Source: Candidatus Magasanikiibacteriota bacterium (GTDB lineage: Bacteria > Patescibacteriota > Patescibacteriia > Magasanikbacterales > GWA2-37-8). Taken from it: 64,000 nucleotides of DNA. This document shows positions 38,975-48,146 of the stretch, piece by piece. The notes beneath the pieces were generated by a model, which did no database searches, was not told the origin of the DNA, and saw only the letters and a list, made by a program, of their open reading frames with translations. Both the position numbers and the translations under genes were made by a program. Each line of letters opens with the position of its first letter. Position 1 is the first letter of the stretch. The stretch is from NCBI GenBank assembly GCA_963840935.1, contig CAWJAS010000001.1:45902-109901 (forward strand). Reading direction: 5' to 3'.

Positions 38975-39223
38975 ATGGGGAACAAAAGTATTTGCCGATC
39001 AGTAATGTTTGGCGCTATCATAGGATTATCGCTAGGGCTATTTCATTTCTGGCCATTCACACTGGTATTTATGCTCCTCGGAGGGATTGTTGCCGTGGTG
39101 ATCAGTGTAATAACTGGTCATGCAATAAACTTTCTACTTGTGCTAGTTATCGAGTATCTGCTCATGGTGTCGATCATGTTCATTGCGTTGTATGTACACG
39201 GCCGACGAAATGATAAAGGATGA
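38975..39223 (+). CDS. small hypothetical membrane protein (three TM helices)
   Basis: RBS-supported ATG; hydrophobic 82-aa product. Confidence 0.4.
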   Translation: MGNKSICRSVMFGAIIGLSLGLFHFWPFTLVFMLLGGIVAVVISVITGHAINFLLVLVIEYLLMVSIMFIALYVHGRRNDKG

Positions 39224-39309
39224 AAAGAGCAGATCCGGTTCAAACGCAAGGCGTTGGCTATATAGCTGACGCTTTTTTCTTATGGGCAAAATATAATTTG
39301 AAAGAAAAT

Positions 39310-39410
39310 GTCGCCTAACGTCAGGGATGTGAGAAGTTGCGACCAACGGGAGCAATTTGGGTGAAGAAGTCTGCAAGACTTCGTAACCTCATATCCCTTG
39401 TTATATCCCC
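39310..39410. repeat. attC-like imperfect-palindrome element E0
   Basis: Left arm GCCTAACGTCAGGGATGTGAGAAGTT; right arm CTCATATCCCTTGTTATAT; same family as E1-E5. Confidence 0.5.
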
Positions 39411-39504
39411 CATGGGGCTAAAATTTAGTGCAACGTCCCGAAGGGAAATTTCAGAGTTTGAGTCGTGACATTTATTTGTTAAGGGCAAAACTTCTACATT
39501 ACTA

Positions 39505-40050
39505 TTATTTCGATTCTAAATATTTTTTCAGTTTAGCAAATGGTTTGATTGCTAAGTATGTTTTTTGGTCATCATCTTCATCAAGTGACGCTCTGGTAAT
39601 AGCATAACCTTCCGGAATAAAAATCTTATCCCACCCATAACCATTATTTCCTGAAGGTTTCTCTGCAATTTCACCGCCTAAACTACCTTCAAACAATTCT
39701 AAATCTTTACCATCATAATAACCAAAAACACATCTTGCCGTTGCTTTTCTTGTTAATCCATTGCCAATCATTGAGCAGATTACCTCAAACGGAATCTTTT
39801 CTGCAAAGAATTTTATGAAAGGACCAGGCAATCCACCAAGAGCGTCAAATTCTAAAGCAACATCTTCAACAATAACCGGTTTCTTTATTAGCTCGTAAGC
39901 TTGTTTTACTTTATGTTCCGCAATTTCGTTCAAATCGGTAGATTGGATTTCATCTAAGTTCAGTTTGACATGATTTACAGTATAACCAAGATACTTGGAT
40001 AGATAATCCGCTTTATTTTGATTACCTGTGATAAAAGTTACATTTGCCAT
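39505..40050 (-). CDS. non-canonical purine NTP pyrophosphatase (Ham1/RdgB family)
   Basis: MANVTFITGNQNK... and conserved Ham1 blocks. Confidence 0.8.
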   Translation of the reverse strand: MANVTFITGNQNKADYLSKYLGYTVNHVKLNLDEIQSTDLNEIAEHKVKQAYELIKKPVIVEDVALEFDALGGLPGPFIKFFAEKIPFEVICSMIGNGLTRKATARCVFGYYDGKDLELFEGSLGGEIAEKPSGNNGYGWDKIFIPEGYAITRASLDEDDDQKTYLAIKPFAKLKKYLESK

Positions 40051-40074
40051 AATAAATGAATGAAAAAAAGCATA

Positions 40075-40210
40075 GTTTTAAAAAGTTCTGCCCATCCTTT
40101 TTGCCACGATTCAAATTTGGGTGAAGAAAATTTGCATTCTTTAGATTTATTTTTAGTGCAAAATTTCTGAACCGGATATGCCGTGTTAGGCGATGTAAAA
40201 AATAACCCCC
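40075..40210. repeat. attC-like element E1
   Basis: Right end GAACCGGATATGCCGTGTTAGGCGATGTAAAAAATAACCCCC abuts the GNAT stop codon; GTTAGGC matches the GTTRRRY core. Confidence 0.5.
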
Positions 40211-40701
40211 TAAATTTTTAATTCTAAATGTATGGCGTTGTATTTTGTGTCCGTTTCTGATTGTTCAATGTTAGTTATTTGGTAACCTCTTGTCAAAAGC
40301 ACCCTAAGCATTTCTGTCGAAACATTATAGACTTTTACGGTTACGGATTTATACTCATTAGCTCGAGCAAATTGTTCATTATTTTCAAAAAGCTTTGTGG
40401 CGATTCCTTTATTTCGGTGTTCTTTTAAAACACCCATAACCCAAATATATAAAGAGCCGTCTCTATTATAAGAAATTGAATCGCCAACAACTTGGCCATC
40501 AACCTTCGCTATGAAAATTTTTGGTACTAATACTTTTAATTTTTCTTGATAATGTTCTAATGAATAAGGATCCTGTTCATACATCCCTTTGAAAATTTTC
40601 AAGTTTGCGAGAACAATTTGCTCGAGTTGATCGTTATTTCCTTCAGATATTTCAAATTGGTTGGGTTGTTCCATATTCGGACGCGGTAATACGTTTTTCA
40701 T
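40210..40701 (-). CDS. GNAT family N-acetyltransferase
   Basis: Acetyl-CoA-binding motif (VLKEHRNKGIATKLF). Confidence 0.7.
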   Translation of the reverse strand: MKNVLPRPNMEQPNQFEISEGNNDQLEQIVLANLKIFKGMYEQDPYSLEHYQEKLKVLVPKIFIAKVDGQVVGDSISYNRDGSLYIWVMGVLKEHRNKGIATKLFENNEQFARANEYKSVTVKVYNVSTEMLRVLLTRGYQITNIEQSETDTKYNAIHLELKI

Positions 40702-40859
40702 AAAAATTTAGGGGGTTATTTTTTTATTTTGCATAACGTTTACGAGTATCCGAAGTTTTTCTGAAGCGGAGCGAAAAAAAATTTTGGGTGAAGGCTTTTG
40801 TATAAAAGCCGTAACCGGATACTCGTTGTTAGCTGATGTATTTTGATGACTTTTATTTA
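40702..40859. repeat. attC-like element E2
   Basis: Arms AACGTTTACGAGTATCCGAAG and CCGGATACTCGTTGTTAGC; centre TTCTGAAGCGGAGCG...TTTTGGGTGAAGG shared with E5. Confidence 0.55.
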
Positions 40860-41942
40860 TTATAATAATTTTTGAGCAAAAACAAAAACCATTCCATCAT
40901 ATCCAACTTTTTCTTTATCACTTCCTTCTAAAACAGACATTTCAATAACTTTAAATTTATTTTGTTCAAGATATTGAGCAATATCTTCTTCATTAATTTT
41001 TGTGGCTGGCATTTTTTCTTCTCCTACTTGATACCACTCAGCATTTCTTATCGCGGATAGTGAAAGATATCCGCTGGGTTTAATCATATCAGTTATATTT
41101 TTCATTCCTTGTTCCCATGTCGCTCGATCTGACGTTGCTGATTCAATTGTAAAATTTGAAGTTAGTAATTCCGTGCTTGCTTCTCTGCCTGAAGCTGTAA
41201 CTGCGTCATATTGTTCATCGGTAGGCAATTCGAGACCTTCTACAAAAACATTGCCATGGGTTACTGATCCAACCACGGCCCTAAGGTGCTTTTTCATATC
41301 TTCTATATCTTCGCTTTCAAGTAGTTTTAAAACATTCTGCGCATGTGTTTTTGTTTTTTCATCATCTAATTCGGTTTGTTTTTTAAGAATAGACATGTAT
41401 TTCTCATCATTTTTTAAAGTACGTTGCATTAATGAAAAATATGCATCCCAATTATAGCTATCTTCATCTTGGTCAAGCCAGCGTTTTACCTCTTCCCGAT
41501 TTTGTTCTAAGAATTCTGAATGGGTTATACTTCCAGCCTCTAGCGATACTGGTATATGCTGGTATATTGTTGGTCCACCACCGACATCTAATACTTTTAT
41601 ATTGTCTTGGGGAAAAGCTTCAAGCAAATTGCGAGCCACTTTTTTTTGAAAATCAAAAATTACTATATTTTCAACTGTTTCATGAGGTAAATTTGTTTTT
41701 TCTACAATATCCTCAATATTTACATGTCCGTCATTTTTATCTAACTCCTTTTTAACTTCCTCCATGGCCCAAGAGAATTTTTCTAAATCAATCCGATCAG
41801 GATAGTATGTTGCAATATAATCTTTAGCACCAAATTTTTCCTTAAAAATGGCGGATTCTTCTTCTTTTATTGATGGTTGAGGTTGCTCCGCACCTTTTGA
41901 AGATTCTGATTTATTAAATTGTTTTATTTTTTCTAAATTCAT
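40860..41942 (-). CDS. putative class I SAM-dependent methyltransferase
   Basis: Motif I VLDVGGGPTIY; otherwise unassigned. Confidence 0.45.
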   Translation of the reverse strand: MNLEKIKQFNKSESSKGAEQPQPSIKEEESAIFKEKFGAKDYIATYYPDRIDLEKFSWAMEEVKKELDKNDGHVNIEDIVEKTNLPHETVENIVIFDFQKKVARNLLEAFPQDNIKVLDVGGGPTIYQHIPVSLEAGSITHSEFLEQNREEVKRWLDQDEDSYNWDAYFSLMQRTLKNDEKYMSILKKQTELDDEKTKTHAQNVLKLLESEDIEDMKKHLRAVVGSVTHGNVFVEGLELPTDEQYDAVTASGREASTELLTSNFTIESATSDRATWEQGMKNITDMIKPSGYLSLSAIRNAEWYQVGEEKMPATKINEEDIAQYLEQNKFKVIEMSVLEGSDKEKVGYDGMVFVFAQKLL

Positions 41943-42121
41943 AAAGTCACCAAAATATTTCAGCTAACGTATCCGAATATGAGAAGTTTTTGCCCGCTTC
42001 CTTATCATATTTCAAAAGAAGAAAAGGGCAAAAATTTGGGTAAAAAATGAAATTCAAGTCCATTGTATTATAAAGAGAATTTCATTTTTTCCTCATATTC
42101 GGTGTTGTGCGATGTAAATTT
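41943..42121. repeat. attC-like element E3
   Basis: Arms CTAACGTATCCGAATATGAG and CTCATATTCGGTGTTGTGCGATGTAAA; inner inverted repeat TTTTTGCCC / GGGCAAAAA. Confidence 0.55.
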
Positions 42122-42430
42122 TTATTTTTCTTTGTTAATCCACTTTTTATCAATCGCTTCTTCTAAATCAATACCAAGTAAATGCGCATTAACTATGGCC
42201 ATTCCAACAACATCAGCTAGCTCCTTCGCCAATTCCTTTTTCGAAACTTCTTCGGGAACGTGTTTTTCTGGACGACTCTTTTTTCGGTGAATTAAAACAG
42301 CTTGAGTAAGTTCACCAACTTCCTCATATAATTTTAACAAAGCAAAATCTTCATCAATTTTGACATTGTATTTTTGGCCATAGTTAATCGCATTTTCTAC
42401 GACCCTTTTTTGTAGTTCTTTGAAATCCAT
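42122..42430 (-). CDS. MazG-like nucleotide pyrophosphohydrolase domain protein
   Basis: EExGE motif (EEVGELTQAV) and AIVNAHLLGIDLEEAI; start trimmed to MDFKEL so the ORF does not overlap E4. Confidence 0.55.
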   Translation of the reverse strand: MDFKELQKRVVENAINYGQKYNVKIDEDFALLKLYEEVGELTQAVLIHRKKSRPEKHVPEEVSKKELAKELADVVGMAIVNAHLLGIDLEEAIDKKWINKEK

Positions 42431-42625
42431 AAAAGAAAAATTAAAATTTATTTCGCACAACGTTTGTGTATAGCAGAAGTTTTTGCCCGCTTCCTTATTA
42501 TATTTTTTAAAGATAGAAAAGGGCAAAAATTTGGATGAAGGAAATTGCGCTACCTTATTTTATTGTAAAAATGCGCAATTTCTTGAATCTGCTATACGCT
42601 GTTGTACGATGTTGGCTTTCCATTT
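42431..42625. repeat. attC-like element E4
   Basis: Arms ACAACGTTTGTGTATAGCAGAAG and CTGCTATACGCTGTTGTACGATGTTGGC; same TTTTTGCCCGCTTCCTTAT centre as E3. Confidence 0.55.
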
Positions 42626-42726
42626 TATTCCATTATTTGGGCAGTTTTTGATCGCAATCATTGACAGGTGGGGCGCGATCGTGTTAGATTAGTCTGTCGC
42701 CCATAACACAAAGGAGGTAGCGGCAC

Positions 42727-43020
42727 ATGACACACGAAGAAGTCGAACAGCTGGTAGAACGTGTGAAAAGCAGCGGATCAGCGGTTATCGAAGCCATGAC
42801 CGAGGAGGAGCTTGCGGAGCTGGAGGCACATCTTCAGACATGTGATGAGGAAAGGTGCATGAAGGTTCGGGAGGACGAAGCGCAGACTCGAGGGGGATTC
42901 GGTGCGTACCTTCGGGGAGAACACTCCTACGGTGGTACGTCCCACAGGGACTTGGGGGTGCACTTCCCTCGAGTCTGGGGTGAGGTAGGTTTCGTCAACT
43001 CTGTCGTCTCTGGCAAGTAG
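42727..43020 (+). CDS. GC-rich orphan small protein, in inverted orientation relative to neighbouring cassettes, with its own promoter
   Basis: TTGACA, 17 bp spacer, TTAGAT promoter at about 42660-42694; AAAGGAGG RBS; flanked by a 26-bp inverted repeat (42601-42626 / 43122-43150). Confidence 0.45.
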   Translation: MTHEEVEQLVERVKSSGSAVIEAMTEEELAELEAHLQTCDEERCMKVREDEAQTRGGFGAYLRGEHSYGGTSHRDLGVHFPRVWGEVGFVNSVVSGK

Positions 43021-43117
43021 AGCGCCCCGCCGCCCCTCGCTCACACGACCCGCTTGGCTATATGCCTCGTGGGTCGCTTTCATTTCAGGAGAGAAAACTG
43101 CCCAAATAATTGAATTG

Positions 43118-43280
43118 AAAAAGAAAAATGGAAAGCCAATTTCGTACAACGTTAGGCATATCCGAAGTTTTTCTGAAGCGTAGCGGAGGAAAAATTTGGG
43201 AGAGAAAATTTTGCTTTCCTTAATTTATTATAAAGTGCAAAATTTTTGAACCGGATATGCCTTGTTATGTGATGTAAAAT
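43118..43280. repeat. attC-like element E5
   Basis: Arms ACAACGTTAGGCATATCCGAAG and GAACCGGATATGCCTTGTTATGTGATGTAAAA; 10-bp perfect arm complementarity (GGCATATCCG / CGGATATGCC). Confidence 0.55.
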
Positions 43281-43329
43281 TCTTTCTTTTTTCTTTTTTT
43301 AAATTTGCTTTTATTCTAAATGATAAATA

Positions 43330-43385
43330 AGTTTTTTGTTTTTGATTTTGGGCAGAGGGGTAAGGGGTGAATGCCCAAAATCAAA
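43330..43385. terminator. strong bidirectional hairpin (TTTGATTTTGGGCA...TGCCCAAAATCAAA)
   Basis: 14-bp perfect stem. Confidence 0.55.
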
Positions 43386-43396
43386 AACTCCTTATT

Positions 43397-44206
43397 TTAA
43401 ATATTTATTTGGTTATTTTTAACAATAATAGCTCCTGATTTTTCAATTATTGATTTTACAGCGAGAATCTTATCTTTAAATTCTTCAGAATTTTTAGTCA
43501 AACAATTATTACAGTCCGCACTCCATTTAATAATCATTAATTTTGCAGCTCCTTTGATAATGTCGTATAAATCTTCAGGTGAAACAAATTTAGCTTTAAA
43601 TTTTGTTGCTTTTTCTAGTTTTCTTGATTTTTCATCAAGCGCTGAATATGATAGTCCTAATCCTTGAGCTACGGAAAAAAAGTGCGTTAAAGAATTTCTT
43701 AATTTTCTAAGATCGTCAGCCGTAATATGTTTTAATCTCTCTTGATTATTTTTGCACCACCCGTTTTCTGAATTTAAACAAAATTCTTTTATAAATTTTT
43801 TCACATTTTCTTGATTCATCGCTTTTTTGATAATTTCTTTTTCATCGGAAGTCTTATTTTCGTAAGCTATGTTCAGGCAAAATAGAGTTTCTAGATTGGC
43901 AAACAAAACTATCATTTCTGAGCGAATAGGTCTATCTATTTTTAATTTATCGGCAATAGTGGCAGGCGGTTCTGAAAAAGTAAATTTAAAATCAATTGAA
44001 TTTTCTTTAAGTTTACCAGCAAGCACTTCAACAAGTTCTATCGTCTCCAGATGCTGTTTTCTAATTGATTCTAATTTTTTATCGAAATTTATTAAATCTT
44101 CAATTTCTTTTTCGATTTCCTGTAAAAAAAATATGACTTCTCGTAAATTTGGAGAAATTAAAACTTTATCGCCATCAAAAATAAAATGTGTGCTTTGATT
44201 TTGCAT
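43397..44206 (-). CDS. hypothetical protein with Rx4H (HEPN-like) motif
   Basis: RKLRNSLTHFF fits the HEPN Rx4-6H signature; adjacent to the R-M module; weak. Confidence 0.35.
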   Translation of the reverse strand: MQNQSTHFIFDGDKVLISPNLREVIFFLQEIEKEIEDLINFDKKLESIRKQHLETIELVEVLAGKLKENSIDFKFTFSEPPATIADKLKIDRPIRSEMIVLFANLETLFCLNIAYENKTSDEKEIIKKAMNQENVKKFIKEFCLNSENGWCKNNQERLKHITADDLRKLRNSLTHFFSVAQGLGLSYSALDEKSRKLEKATKFKAKFVSPEDLYDIIKGAAKLMIIKWSADCNNCLTKNSEEFKDKILAVKSIIEKSGAIIVKNNQINI

Positions 44207-44218
44207 ATTTCAATATTA

Positions 44219-44983
44219 TTATTTCAATCTACGGATAGCCAAGTCAACATATCTTTTTTCTTTTTCAATCCCAATCCAATTTCTGCCAAGTGCTTTTGCA
44301 ACAAAAGCGGTTGTACCGCTTCCCAAAAAAGGATCTAGAACAATGTCGTCTTTTTTGCTTGCTGCTAATATCACTTGCTGAATTAGTTTAAGTGGTTTTT
44401 GAGTTGGGTGTGCTTTTATGCCATTTTCATCTTTTAGTCTTTCATTTCCTCTGCATAAACCAAAGACCCAATCCGTATCTTTCATTTGCTTTCCGCCGTT
44501 CATTATTTTCATTTGCTCATAGTTAAAAGTATAGCCCTTGCATGTTTTATCTTTCACTGCCCAAACCAGTGTTTCGTGATTATTTGTAAATCTTCGCCCG
44601 TTAAGATTTGGCAGAGCGTCAGTTTTAACCCAAATCACATCATTCAAAAACCAAATTCCTAGATCCTGCATAATTGTCCCGACACGAAAAATATTGTGAT
44701 ACATTCCAATAACCCACATTGTTCCTGTTGGTTTTAATATCCTTTGGCTTTCTTTGAGCCAGTTTTTTGTAAAATTATCATAGTCCTCGTAGCTTTCAAA
44801 TTTATCCCATTCATCATCAACTGGAATAACCTCAGTGCCATTAGCTCTTTTTAATCTTTTGCCTTTTGGGAGTTGTAAAAAATATGGCGGATCTGCAAAA
44901 ATCAAATCAATAGAGTTGTCTGGAAATTCTTTTAATATTTCTAGACAATCGCCATGAATTACTTTGTTTATATATTTTTGCAT
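44219..44983 (-). CDS. beta-class N6-adenine/N4-cytosine DNA methyltransferase (DpnA-like)
   Basis: N-terminal IHGDCLEILKEFPDNSIDLIFADPPY (motif IV DPPY near the N-terminus). Confidence 0.8.
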   Translation of the reverse strand: MQKYINKVIHGDCLEILKEFPDNSIDLIFADPPYFLQLPKGKRLKRANGTEVIPVDDEWDKFESYEDYDNFTKNWLKESQRILKPTGTMWVIGMYHNIFRVGTIMQDLGIWFLNDVIWVKTDALPNLNGRRFTNNHETLVWAVKDKTCKGYTFNYEQMKIMNGGKQMKDTDWVFGLCRGNERLKDENGIKAHPTQKPLKLIQQVILAASKKDDIVLDPFLGSGTTAFVAKALGRNWIGIEKEKRYVDLAIRRLK

Positions 44984-44987
44984 CTAA

Positions 44988-46109
44988 CTAAAAATTATAA
45001 ATAACAAGATGTTCAACTTCTCTATCATTTCTGCCTTTCATATTGTAGAGATATGTTTTTTCAAAACTGTCCACTTTTATTCCTTTTTTATTTTTATACA
45101 AATCATAAATAAAAGCAGTTTTTTTGATAATTAAAATGAAGTTAGCCTTGGTGTTATATAAACATTTAGCCAATCTTTCTTGATCGTTTTTATCAAAAAC
45201 TGCTTTTTCATAATCACTAAAATCAGTATCATAGGGAGGATCAAGAAAAATAAAATCATTTTTATTTAAATCTTTTTGAGAAAGTATTTTTTCAAAATCA
45301 GTATTTAAAATTTTTTTATCTTTAAAAACTTTTTCAACTTCTTCACTAAGTATATAATTTACTTTACTTCTAAAATCTTTGTTGTTGTATGCAATACCGC
45401 CATAGGGAATGTTGAAATCACCATTGGCATTAAATCTAAACATTGAGGCATAGCAAAACTCTCTTATAAAATAATAATTTGATATTTTTTTTGCTAAAGA
45501 TGTTTTGTATTTTGAACCATTTTTATTCATTACATCTCGAAAGTGCATATAAAAACCGCTCCTAAAAGCTGTTTCAATGTTTTTGTGCAAATCGCCGTCT
45601 GGCAATTTGCCACGATCCTTTTCAATTTTTTTAGTTCTGCTAATTTTTGAAATTAAATTTTTAATTACTTCTTCAAGTAAATTATTTGGGTCAAGGGCAA
45701 AATTTTTCGAAAACAAACCATTAAATTGATCCTCTTTTGCTTTGAGTTTTTTAGTTATTATTTCCTTAACTTCTTTTTCTGTTTTTTTATCGTCCTTATA
45801 TTCTTCGTAAAGTTTAATAAAATCATTTTCAAAAATACTTATATACTTTGGAATTTTTTCCCAGTTATCGACATAATCATATAGACATTTTTTAAATTCC
45901 TTTTTATCATTTTCACCTTTGATAAAGCGATAAAATTCAACCAACTCTGCACAAATATCATTTATTATCGCTTTTTTTGGTTGAAGTTTAAAAAATATTG
46001 CTCCGCCACCAAAAAACGGCTCGATATATCGAGTGTGTTTTGGTATGAGATTTTTAATCTGCTCATACTCCTTAGATTTTCCACCAGGCCATTTAATAAG
46101 TGAATTCAT
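44988..46109 (-). CDS. Dam-family (D12 class) N6-adenine DNA methyltransferase
   Basis: KWPGGK, EPFFGGGAIF motif I and DPPY motif IV in the alpha-class order. Confidence 0.8.
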   Translation of the reverse strand: MNSLIKWPGGKSKEYEQIKNLIPKHTRYIEPFFGGGAIFFKLQPKKAIINDICAELVEFYRFIKGENDKKEFKKCLYDYVDNWEKIPKYISIFENDFIKLYEEYKDDKKTEKEVKEIITKKLKAKEDQFNGLFSKNFALDPNNLLEEVIKNLISKISRTKKIEKDRGKLPDGDLHKNIETAFRSGFYMHFRDVMNKNGSKYKTSLAKKISNYYFIREFCYASMFRFNANGDFNIPYGGIAYNNKDFRSKVNYILSEEVEKVFKDKKILNTDFEKILSQKDLNKNDFIFLDPPYDTDFSDYEKAVFDKNDQERLAKCLYNTKANFILIIKKTAFIYDLYKNKKGIKVDSFEKTYLYNMKGRNDREVEHLVIYNF

Positions 46110-46112
46110 AAA

Positions 46113-46931
46113 TTATCCGAGATAAGTTTTTTTGATTGAATCTAGCGATTTTTTAATTAGATCGGCTTTTTCTTTGTACGCATCAAGCACAATTTTATAT
46201 CCTTCATCTGATTTGCATACAAAATCCCAAAAGTCTTTTCCGATTAAAAGCTCATCGTCTGAAAAAAATTGTCTGACCCGTTCTTGTTTCCATGGTTTTC
46301 CCTCGCCGAAACGATTATATGCAGTTGCAAAAAACATTTGTATTTTTGTATCTTGTGGCAATGTATTTGATAAAATTGCAAATTGCTCTAGCAGAGCTTC
46401 CTTTTCTGATCTAGCTTTCTTATTGTCTAGATCGCCACCAATTTTTAACTCAATCAAAAAATTATCGCCCGTTTCTTTATCAATCAAGTAGTAATCACTA
46501 TCATGCCTTTTTGTTACGAGTGATTGATCTTCGGGCTTAACACGCAAAAACTGATAATCTTCCGCCGTCGGCGGAGCTATTTCTCTGCGTTTATATTTTT
46601 CTAACAATTCCGCCATGTCTTGGGTTTGTTTCAGACTAAGTGGCCCCTCAACGTTTTGCTTAACTTCGTATGTTAATTTTGCAATGTTGATAGCCATTTT
46701 TTCCAGCATATTACCCAAAGAGCTATCAAGTGATCGCACTAAAGCAGTGTAATATTGTATTTCTGGACCAAGAACCGCAATAAAAACATTATGAATTTTC
46801 ATGTTTAGCGTTCCTGACGGATCTTCTAGCTCGCCCTCGTGTCTTCCTTGGAATCCAACTGCGAAAGATTCAACTGACGCGTGAACAATAGATCTTATAG
46901 CTTCTTTTTTGCTTAAAATATCTTGTGTCAT
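46113..46931 (-). CDS. putative type II restriction endonuclease partner of the two methyltransferases
   Basis: 272-aa ORF translationally coupled upstream of the methyltransferase genes; the endonuclease assignment rests on gene context only. Confidence 0.4.
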   Translation of the reverse strand: MTQDILSKKEAIRSIVHASVESFAVGFQGRHEGELEDPSGTLNMKIHNVFIAVLGPEIQYYTALVRSLDSSLGNMLEKMAINIAKLTYEVKQNVEGPLSLKQTQDMAELLEKYKRREIAPPTAEDYQFLRVKPEDQSLVTKRHDSDYYLIDKETGDNFLIELKIGGDLDNKKARSEKEALLEQFAILSNTLPQDTKIQMFFATAYNRFGEGKPWKQERVRQFFSDDELLIGKDFWDFVCKSDEGYKIVLDAYKEKADLIKKSLDSIKKTYLG

Positions 46932-47004
46932 ATTTTGTAAGTTATATTTTTAAAAGTTTCCTCTATTATACCTCAAAAAAATCTAAAATAGAAATCGTTT
47001 TTTG

Positions 47005-47035
47005 CTGCCCCTTTGTGGGCAGAAAAAACACCTTA
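47005..47035. terminator. bidirectional terminator hairpin (GCTGCCCCTTTGTGGGCAGAAAAAA)
   Basis: GC stem with flanking T and A runs. Confidence 0.55.
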
Positions 47036-47290
47036 TACCCCTATATAAATAGATAAAAAAACTTATCTTTCCTTATTATAAAAAAGCAAATTTAAAAAAA
47101 GAAAAAAGAAAGAATTTTATTTCACATAACTACCTTTATCATGACTAGTGGTAAAAACCGCTAAAATATGATAAAATTTTTGAGAAATTGGGGTTATAGG
47201 CGACGAAGGTGAGAGAAAAGTAAATTTATTTGCTTTTCCGAGCCAAGGAGCTTATATACTGTGTATATAGCCCCTGGGGGTATGGCCATC

Positions 47291-47785
47291 TTATTCTACC
47301 AAACATTTCTTATTTTTTACAAATTCAAAAAACAAAATCAAGCCGGTTCCGGCCACAATCAAAACATCTGCTAAATTGAACATACTAATGGTGACAAGAA
47401 AATAGTCTATGGCGTGGCCGTATAAAATGCGGTCGGCAAAATTAGATAAAGCTCCGAGCGCCACAAAAATCAAACCAATAATAATAAATTCATTTTTTGC
47501 TTGGAAATAAAAATATGCCAAAACGCCAAGAAAAATAATTGAAGCAATAATAATGATTATCTTCGGAATAATAATTCCAAAAGCGATTCCCGGATTGTGA
47601 TGGGGCATCCAGCCAAGCCACGGAAATAACAGTTTAGGTTGGTTCAAAAAAGAATCAGCCAAAATTTTAAAAATACGATCTAAAATAAATAAAAAACCGC
47701 CCGCAAAAATCATGCTCGGGCGGAGTTTAAATTTCATATTTACCAAACCTTTATAATTCCTGAGTAATCGCTTTTTTGCATTCAA
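47291..47785 (-). CDS. lspA: lipoprotein signal peptidase II
   Basis: Four TM helices; conserved NxxDR (FADRILYG) and AIDYF motifs. Confidence 0.7.
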   Translation of the reverse strand: MNAKKRLLRNYKGLVNMKFKLRPSMIFAGGFLFILDRIFKILADSFLNQPKLLFPWLGWMPHHNPGIAFGIIIPKIIIIIASIIFLGVLAYFYFQAKNEFIIIGLIFVALGALSNFADRILYGHAIDYFLVTISMFNLADVLIVAGTGLILFFEFVKNKKCLVE

Positions 47786-48146
47786 CGCAGGCGCTAGATG
47801 TCGGTCGAGCTAAAAGTCGTTTTTCTTCAATTGGTTTTGAACAGTATTTGCAAATTCCGTATGTGCCTTTTTTTATTCTTTCGAGCGCTTTATTTGCGTC
47901 GCGCAATGTTTTTTCCAATCCTTCTTCAACAGGCAGGTTATTGATGTATTCCGCCACTTCAGCGGCGTTTTCATCGTCTTTATCACCGTATTCCGGGAAT
48001 TGAGTATCAAAATCATCAGCCACGTTTTGGCTTTTTTTTGTGAATTTTAATAGTTCTTTTTCAAGTTTAGTTTTTTGAGCCGAGAGCATGCTCTCTATTT
48101 GTTCCAAAAAATCTTTGGAAAAGGCTGTTTTTTGAGCCATATTCAA
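47751..48146 (-). CDS. DksA/TraR family C4-type zinc-finger protein
   Basis: Coiled-coil N-terminus and CxxC...CxxC C-terminus (CKYCSKPIEEKRLLARPTSSACVEC). Confidence 0.65.
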   Translation of the reverse strand: MNMAQKTAFSKDFLEQIESMLSAQKTKLEKELLKFTKKSQNVADDFDTQFPEYGDKDDENAAEVAEYINNLPVEEGLEKTLRDANKALERIKKGTYGICKYCSKPIEEKRLLARPTSSACVECKKAITQEL

